From an uncultured Salinisphaerales bacterium (GTDB taxonomy: Bacteria; Pseudomonadota; Gammaproteobacteria; Nevskiales; CAZYIP01), in NCBI GenBank assembly GCA_964646895.1, contig CAZYIP010000001.1, positions 1 through 60,574 of the forward strand: a DNA stretch of 60,574 nt. Reading direction: 5' to 3'. The translations under genes were made by a program, and so were the position numbers. The notes under the pieces are model-generated. The model saw nothing but the letters and a program-made list of their open reading frames with translations, had not been told where the DNA came from and did not search any database. Shown in pieces: positions 56,501 to 60,574 of the stretch. Position 1 is the first letter of the stretch. Each line of letters begins with the position of its first letter.

Positions 56501-58049
56501 TACGGGTTTTGAAATAGGCCACCAGTTGCGGTCTCACCTTCTGAATCACGATGATGCGTTCATCGTGTTTCAGTCCGTCCAGCTTCTTGAGCGCCTGCGT
56601 CACGACCTCCGGCTTTCCGCTGGTAAGCTCGGTGACAAGGTCGTTCGTCTTGCGCGGGGACACGTAATTAGGCGCCACCACAAACGCCGCTACTCCGCCC
56701 AGTGCAGCAATGACCAGCACCGCTGCGAGTGCGAACGGCCAGCGCGAACGACGCTTCACCGTGAGCTCGCGCAGAAAGTCCTCCACGCTGGCGCTGCGAT
56801 CGTCACGCCGGAATGCCAGCGCCCGATTCAGCGCCTGCTGTTGCTGGCGAGATAACCCGGGCACGGGCGCCGGCTGGAGTTTTTGCTTCAATGCCTCGTC
56901 GGCCGGCAATTTGTTGAACGGATGCCGTCCGGTCAGCAATTCGTAGGCGACGCAGCCCAGTGCATAGATATCGTCACGCGGGTCGGGCTCCTGCCCCTCC
57001 AGCATTTCCAGGCTGGCGTAGGCCGGCGTGAGCGCACCCAGGCTGCCCGCATCGAACAGTGTGTGGTCGTCGTCATTCGCGCCGTCCAGGTGCTTGGCCG
57101 CCTGCGCGATCCCGAAATCGAACACCTTGACTCCGCCGTCCTTGTTCAGGAAGACGTTGCCGGGCTTGAAGTCGGAATGCACCACTGCATTCTTGTGCGC
57201 ATAGGCGAGTGCCTGCGCCATCCCCCGAACAATGGGCAGCGCTTCCGCAACCGCCAGGCCACTCTGGTATTCATTGCGCAACAGGCGATTGAGCGGCTGG
57301 CCGTCGAGGAACTCCATGGTCATGAACACGGTCGCGCCGTCGCGATCGAAATCGAACACGTTGACCACGTTAGGATGCGCCAGAGTCTGCGATTTACGCG
57401 CCTCGCGCTGCAATGCTTTCAGGGATTCCGGATGGCGCTTGAACTCCTCGTTGAGCACCTTGATCGCCACATAGGGGTTGCGATCCTGCGCCTCTTCCTT
57501 GCGCAGGTCGAGCGCCTTGAACACCACCCCCATGCCGCCGCGACCCACGACTTCCTGCAGAACGAAGCGACCCTTGATGGTCATGCCCGTGCGGATTTCA
57601 CCGGCGTCCGGGCCTTGCCACCTTTCCGGATGGGTCCAGCCGGAACCGGTGCTGGAATGCTCCCCCGCGGTGGTGGCATGATCCGCACCCGTGGCATCAT
57701 CCGCCGCGGTATCCGCCTGCCTGGAGACGGGCGGCGGCGGCCGTCGAACGACGGTTTCGTCCCCACCTGCATCCTGGGAGACGATGCGGGTCGCGTCTTC
57801 CGCGGCTCCCGTACCGTGCCCGTCGGCCACCTCGTCGACAATCGCCGCGAGCGCGCGCCATTCTTCTTCCGTCACGCTGTCATTGGCACGAGCCGCCCCG
57901 GCCACGGCGAGCAATTCGTTACGCTGCGACGGCGCGGCCTCCACAGCCTCACGCAACACCGCAAAAACAACCGGCGCTTCGCACTCCCCTCGCACATAGC
58001 GCTCCAGTGCGCGCGCAAAACGCGCGACCGGATCAGCGTCGTGGATCAT
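53547..58049 (-). CDS. Transmembrane Hanks-type Ser/Thr protein kinase with long helical periplasmic region and C-terminal FGE/SUMF1-like domain
   Basis: Kinase motifs 'GRGGMGVVFKA', 'VAIKVL', 'HSDFKPGNVFL' and 'DFGIA'. TM helix 'WPFALAAVLVIAALGGVAAFVVAP'. ~800-aa A/L/Q-rich repeats. C-terminus 'VSKYEISIAEYNAYC...GNAQEWARD...GGSY...GFRVVR' is FGE-sulfatase-like. Confidence 0.9.
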   Translation of the reverse strand: MIHDADPVARFARALERYVRGECEAPVVFAVLREAVEAAPSQRNELLAVAGAARANDSVTEEEWRALAAIVDEVADGHGTGAAEDATRIVSQDAGGDETVVRRPPPPVSRQADTAADDATGADHATTAGEHSSTGSGWTHPERWQGPDAGEIRTGMTIKGRFVLQEVVGRGGMGVVFKALDLRKEEAQDRNPYVAIKVLNEEFKRHPESLKALQREARKSQTLAHPNVVNVFDFDRDGATVFMTMEFLDGQPLNRLLRNEYQSGLAVAEALPIVRGMAQALAYAHKNAVVHSDFKPGNVFLNKDGGVKVFDFGIAQAAKHLDGANDDDHTLFDAGSLGALTPAYASLEMLEGQEPDPRDDIYALGCVAYELLTGRHPFNKLPADEALKQKLQPAPVPGLSRQQQQALNRALAFRRDDRSASVEDFLRELTVKRRSRWPFALAAVLVIAALGGVAAFVVAPNYVSPRKTNDLVTELTSGKPEVVTQALKKLDGLKHDERIIVIQKVRPQLVAYFKTRIADKTDTGQGHYDFPSAIALLKQVRDLYPDSAELTQLGQQLVDHRNQLLDSYVRQLNQRLLEQRLLASGDQPGVDQLLDTIAQIDPTNPLLHDSAVSLAFADAARTALAASDDQRAAAIATMGLQRFPHDDALLSVQDKARIQLGQVDRAALVAELDEKLKQSTPTLERLEDFSAVHDAAVRLAALAPDSPTVADLRARLRPALEAALMRATDRFDWDTANAELQRYGGILKPAFLKQRTQRLATAREQWRGHVTQLEAAFSAALTQGQLAGPNEPNAAALLDELHRIGVDSEHLSWARSSLAVAWLARARAARADGQLADAKHAVEAARAQSVDAALSATLDAEYAAITQAEKTPPAADHWRVMGLHKILNEILEKNQVMPHQAENALAAAGQLAELAPDDPLVAETRAQLPGKLVAAADADGHAGNWRRAQQTLQASVALLPESSVLLQALAHTRTQLRDRNGLAGFVQARKQQQAISDLIATPKFDESWAAELHEQLQQLASELPAGSQWVDDMRGHIAGLYLERIRTSVQEQQFADAGAMLSRARAFADLPAFAEVEKSLKAAEAAQAERNEQQARTARIASLKQTLTAAAKGGDVSAANTALTELRKLMPSDDPFVTTVAPQTIAAAYARLASQRARGHKYADAEKLISAGLKLAPEDADLKSALARYQWQVLAQQVETALSGDQALNEPGIEAALKKLRTEQPSLYPEAEKRFIAALDGSIQRLAKKTPAAAQRREVIARTLFSRAGSAVASSAGPAAAAGSASPRPCRADLAGYGRRARGTCYDVLGPNVRGPLMVVVPPGGPLSAPLAVSKYEISIAEYNAYCKASGQCKALAGSDSSLPVTNISFKDATRYTQWLSEGTGYHYSIPSVAAWQYAAEASGQQPAGGFNCQVRDGGKLVKGFDLVSVQTGDENGWGLVNYLGNAQEWARDGSGLAALGGSYQDPLSRCQVSLQRQATAAPDPVTGFRVVRSLSVASK

Positions 58050-58114
58050 GAAACGTTATATTCCCCATATACATCCGTTACGGCTCAAAACCGGATCACC
58101 CGACTGATTTATAT

Positions 58115-58197
58115 CCCCTCCCCCGCGAGCGGGAGAGGGTGGATCGGGATTTGACCCCCTCTCCCCAGCCCTCATCCCCCAAGGGGGGGCGAGGGGG
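58115..58197. repeat. GC-rich nested hairpin (REP-like) element between PAAR and kinase genes
   Basis: CCCCTCCCCCGCGAGCGGGAGAGGG imperfect hairpin. CCCCCTC(58155-58161)...GAGGGGG(58191-58197) enclosing CCCCCAAGGGGG. Confidence 0.6.
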
Positions 58198-58231
58198 TTC
58201 AATAGACAAGGCGCGTGGACGCCCTGCCCTG

Positions 58232-58519
58232 TCAGCCGATCAGCACGGTAGGCGCGCCGGCAACGATGACTCCGCCGTGGGCGGTTTGTGATGCCAGTTG
58301 TGCCGCCGGCTTTTTGCCGATGAGCACGGTTGCGCTGCCCTTCATGATCGTATCCGGCGGACCGACGCAGGTGACCGGATCGCCCATCCGCGCCGCCGGA
58401 AGCTTGCAAATCAGCACGGTCGGCTCACCCATGGTGACCGGACCGCCCACGTGCGGCTTGGGCCCGTCGAACATGGGGCACGTGTGCATGTCAGTCGCTC
58501 GTGCTGCCGGCATTCCCAT
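58232..58519 (-). CDS. PAAR-domain protein (minimal, 95 aa)
   Basis: 'MPAARATDMHTCPM', 'LPAARMGDPVTCVGP' and 'KPAAQLASQTAHGG' are three PAAR repeats. GGAGGA lies 8 nt upstream. Starts 24 nt after the autotransporter stop. Confidence 0.9.
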   Translation of the reverse strand: MGMPAARATDMHTCPMFDGPKPHVGGPVTMGEPTVLICKLPAARMGDPVTCVGPPDTIMKGSATVLIGKKPAAQLASQTAHGGVIVAGAPTVLIG

Positions 58520-58543
58520 AGCGTGTCTCCTCCGGGTTGGGTC

Positions 58544-60574
58544 TCAGAATTCGAGCCGGATTCCGCCCTGAATCGCGTTACGATGGTAGTTGTTCTGGCC
58601 CAGTGTCGACTCGAAGAACAGAAAGGCCGAGCGGCCCTGAGCGAACTGCGCCGACAAACCTGCCCCCAGATTCAGATAGTCGCGATCCGGGTTATCCGTG
58701 CGCGCCTTGAAGGTCGTTTGTGTCGGATCGTTGACAAAACGGGCGGAAATCCACTGGCTGTCCTGCAGGAACTCGTGTACCCAGCCCACGCGCGTGGTCG
58801 GGGAGAACACGCCAATGCGGGTGGATATCGCGTAGGAAGCCTGCACCAGCAACTCCGTCGTCAGCGAATCGGCATGCTGCGAATCGACGTGCAGCAGTGC
58901 GCCGGCTCCCGGCGCCGTCGGATCCGATGCGGTCTCGTCGTAACCGTCGATATGGGTGGCGAAATAGGTGGCGCGCGCCTGCACGCCGATGGTCAGCGCC
59001 TTGCGGTAGAAATCGTAGCCACCGTCGACACTTACAAGATATTGGTTACCAAGAGGTCCGGCTTCCGCATCGAAGCCGTCGCCACTCAGGTCAACCCGGC
59101 GCGACACATCATAATCATCGCGGCCGTAGGTGAAGATGGCGTCGAAATAATAGCCGTCGGGGTGGTAATAGCTGCCGTACAGCGACAGCATGTAGCTGTC
59201 CAGGTCAACGCCGCCGGAGCGGCCATCGTAGCTGGTATCGTTGCGGGCATAACCCAGTGCCACACCGGACACCCAGCGATCCGTAAAACGATAGTCGCTG
59301 CCCAGGGTGAGATTCCAGATGTCGGTATCGTAGCCCTGCTCGCGCTCGGTGCTGTCGCGCCCGCCGCGAACAACGCTGCCGTTGATATAAACCCCGAGCC
59401 GGCTGAAAGCGCTGACGTTCGTATCGGCAGTCGCCTGCCCCACATCCGGCAGAACGCCATTGGCGGCATACTGCAGCAGGGCACCCGGGATGAAGCCCCC
59501 ATTGAAACGCACGTTCAGCCCGGAGAGATCCAGCCCGGAGGCACCATGGCGCAAATTGCTGAGGCGACCACCGAGATTGGTCAGCTGGCCTTGCAGCATG
59601 CTCAGCGCCATCCGCCGCTGGCTTGCCACTGCCCGCTGGGAAAGCTGGTCGAGCATGCTCCCCTGTGTACCTGACTCCTCCACCATCTGGCAGGTTTCCA
59701 GCAGGCGTTGCTGGCCCGGCGTGCGCTGCTCCGCAGGCATGGCACCGATTGCGGAGCAGGCGGAGTCCAGCGCCCCGGCGACACGCCGCTGGCGATCGTT
59801 GAGGGAAGGATTGTCGGCGATGCCGCCGACGGTAATTTTAACCGGTATGGTGGTGGGTTCCTCACTGTCGGAGTAGCTGTCCCACAGTTCGATCTTGCCC
59901 GATACAGTCTGCCCGACGGTGGCCTCTGCCGGAATCGTATAACTGAAGGTGATGGTGCCACTGCCCCCTTCGATTGCCTCCGGCGTCACCGAACCGAGAT
60001 CGCTGGAAACGGTGATATACGGCGAACCGCTCACCTGGACGTTGGTCGTCACGGTCTGGCCGGGCTTTCCGCTGAGATTCAACGAGCCGGGATCCACGGT
60101 AAGTGGGGACTGATCGTTGTCCTCGATCGAAAGCGTCGCGGGAGAAGAGCTGACGGTAACGTTAAACCCCAAGTCGGAACAGGAGTCCGAATCCTTCACA
60201 ATGGTAAGATTTACAATTTCGGTGGGTTCGACTTCCGAGTCGTCAATTGTAGCGATGGTGGCCGTAGCCGTAGCCAGTGGATCCATCTGCCACACATTCT
60301 GACCATCGTTCGGTCCCGGAACATTGAGCGTAAAATATGATTGTGCGGTCGTGTAGTCTTCGCCAGCGGGCTCCAGATGACCGGTAACAGTGCATGATCC
60401 TTGAGGAACATCTTCCACATTGCCAGGGTCCTTGGCCAGCTCGATGGTGAAGCTTGTCTGATCCCCCTCCGTTACCGACCGACTCGAACTTTCACTGGAA
60501 AACTGAAGCACGCCCGCCGCGGCCGGCACCACCCAGCCAACAGCGGTCATGGTGAAGGCAAGAATGAACCCTGC
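58544..60574 (-). CDS. Autotransporter with Calx-beta-like and Ig-like passenger domains and C-terminal beta-barrel; 5' end probably beyond the window
   Basis: Passenger 'SVTEGDQTSFTIEL...GEDYTTAQSYFTLN...ATIATIDDSEVEPTEIVNLTI' fits a Calx-beta pattern. C-terminal ~300 aa of alternating-hydrophobic strands end in 'GGIRLEF'. The reading frame stays open to the window edge (…AGFILAFTMTAV…). Confidence 0.8.
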   Translation of the reverse strand, partial: AGFILAFTMTAVGWVVPAAAGVLQFSSESSSRSVTEGDQTSFTIELAKDPGNVEDVPQGSCTVTGHLEPAGEDYTTAQSYFTLNVPGPNDGQNVWQMDPLATATATIATIDDSEVEPTEIVNLTIVKDSDSCSDLGFNVTVSSSPATLSIEDNDQSPLTVDPGSLNLSGKPGQTVTTNVQVSGSPYITVSSDLGSVTPEAIEGGSGTITFSYTIPAEATVGQTVSGKIELWDSYSDSEEPTTIPVKITVGGIADNPSLNDRQRRVAGALDSACSAIGAMPAEQRTPGQQRLLETCQMVEESGTQGSMLDQLSQRAVASQRRMALSMLQGQLTNLGGRLSNLRHGASGLDLSGLNVRFNGGFIPGALLQYAANGVLPDVGQATADTNVSAFSRLGVYINGSVVRGGRDSTEREQGYDTDIWNLTLGSDYRFTDRWVSGVALGYARNDTSYDGRSGGVDLDSYMLSLYGSYYHPDGYYFDAIFTYGRDDYDVSRRVDLSGDGFDAEAGPLGNQYLVSVDGGYDFYRKALTIGVQARATYFATHIDGYDETASDPTAPGAGALLHVDSQHADSLTTELLVQASYAISTRIGVFSPTTRVGWVHEFLQDSQWISARFVNDPTQTTFKARTDNPDRDYLNLGAGLSAQFAQGRSAFLFFESTLGQNNYHRNAIQGGIRLEF

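Noticed and set aside
1-60574. Search for tRNA, rRNA, tmRNA or integrase/att sites that would delimit a genomic island.
   Set aside because: I found no T-loop-like GGTTCGAATCC-type sequence outside coding regions, no rRNA-like stretches and no tyrosine or serine recombinase ORF. The island boundaries therefore remain inferred only from composition and gene content.

Overview
High-GC proteobacterial (probably gammaproteobacterial) chromosomal segment with three parts. (1) 1-29,100 is mostly housekeeping and catabolic. It holds a sugar-type ABC transporter with an amidohydrolase and a FAH-family hydrolase, then a stand-alone IS200/IS605-family TnpB element next to a lower-GC gap with no convincing gene. 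YgjP/DUF45, Nudix, ThiD and a Pat-like acetyltransferase follow. Next is a complete glycerol regulon: glpK, glpR, glpD and a Rhizobium-type two-ATPase/two-permease/DUF2160/SBP glycerol ABC importer. The part ends with a 2OG-oxygenase-like/unknown/TPR trio, a small XRE-type HTH gene, and cysteine synthase and threonine dehydratase genes. (2) 29,100-32,900 is an AT-rich islet with an H-NS-family gene and an MHYT-PAS-PAS-GGDEF diguanylate cyclase. (3) 32,900-60,574 is the accessory region of interest. The plus strand carries a T6SS 'half locus', tagH(fha)-tssJ-tssK-tssL-tssM-tagF-pppA, with no sheath, baseplate, Hcp, VgrG or ClpV genes anywhere in the window. It is followed by a lipoprotein gene and a vapBC module whose vapC is frameshifted. 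Converging on it from the minus strand is a tightly packed array: Calx-beta autotransporter, orphan PAAR, a 1500-aa Hanks kinase with a periplasmic FGE/SUMF1-like domain, TpsB, and a 2.5-kaa repetitive TpsA. My main hypothesis is that kinase, phosphatase (PppA) and FHA protein (TagH) form a threonine-phosphorylation circuit physically wired to a two-partner-secretion system and a PAAR/autotransporter pair, not to a canonical complete T6SS. Sequence-level signals include the exact 12-bp palindrome CCGCAATTGCGG, found both just upstream of the XRE-type gene and upstream of tagH. Two oppositely oriented copies of a ~60-bp REP palindrome bracket lipoprotein-vapBC-tpsA. tpsA contains a near-identical 519-bp tandem duplication. 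No rRNA, tRNA or CRISPR array was recognised. Most long ORFs antisense to the called genes are high-GC shadow ORFs.
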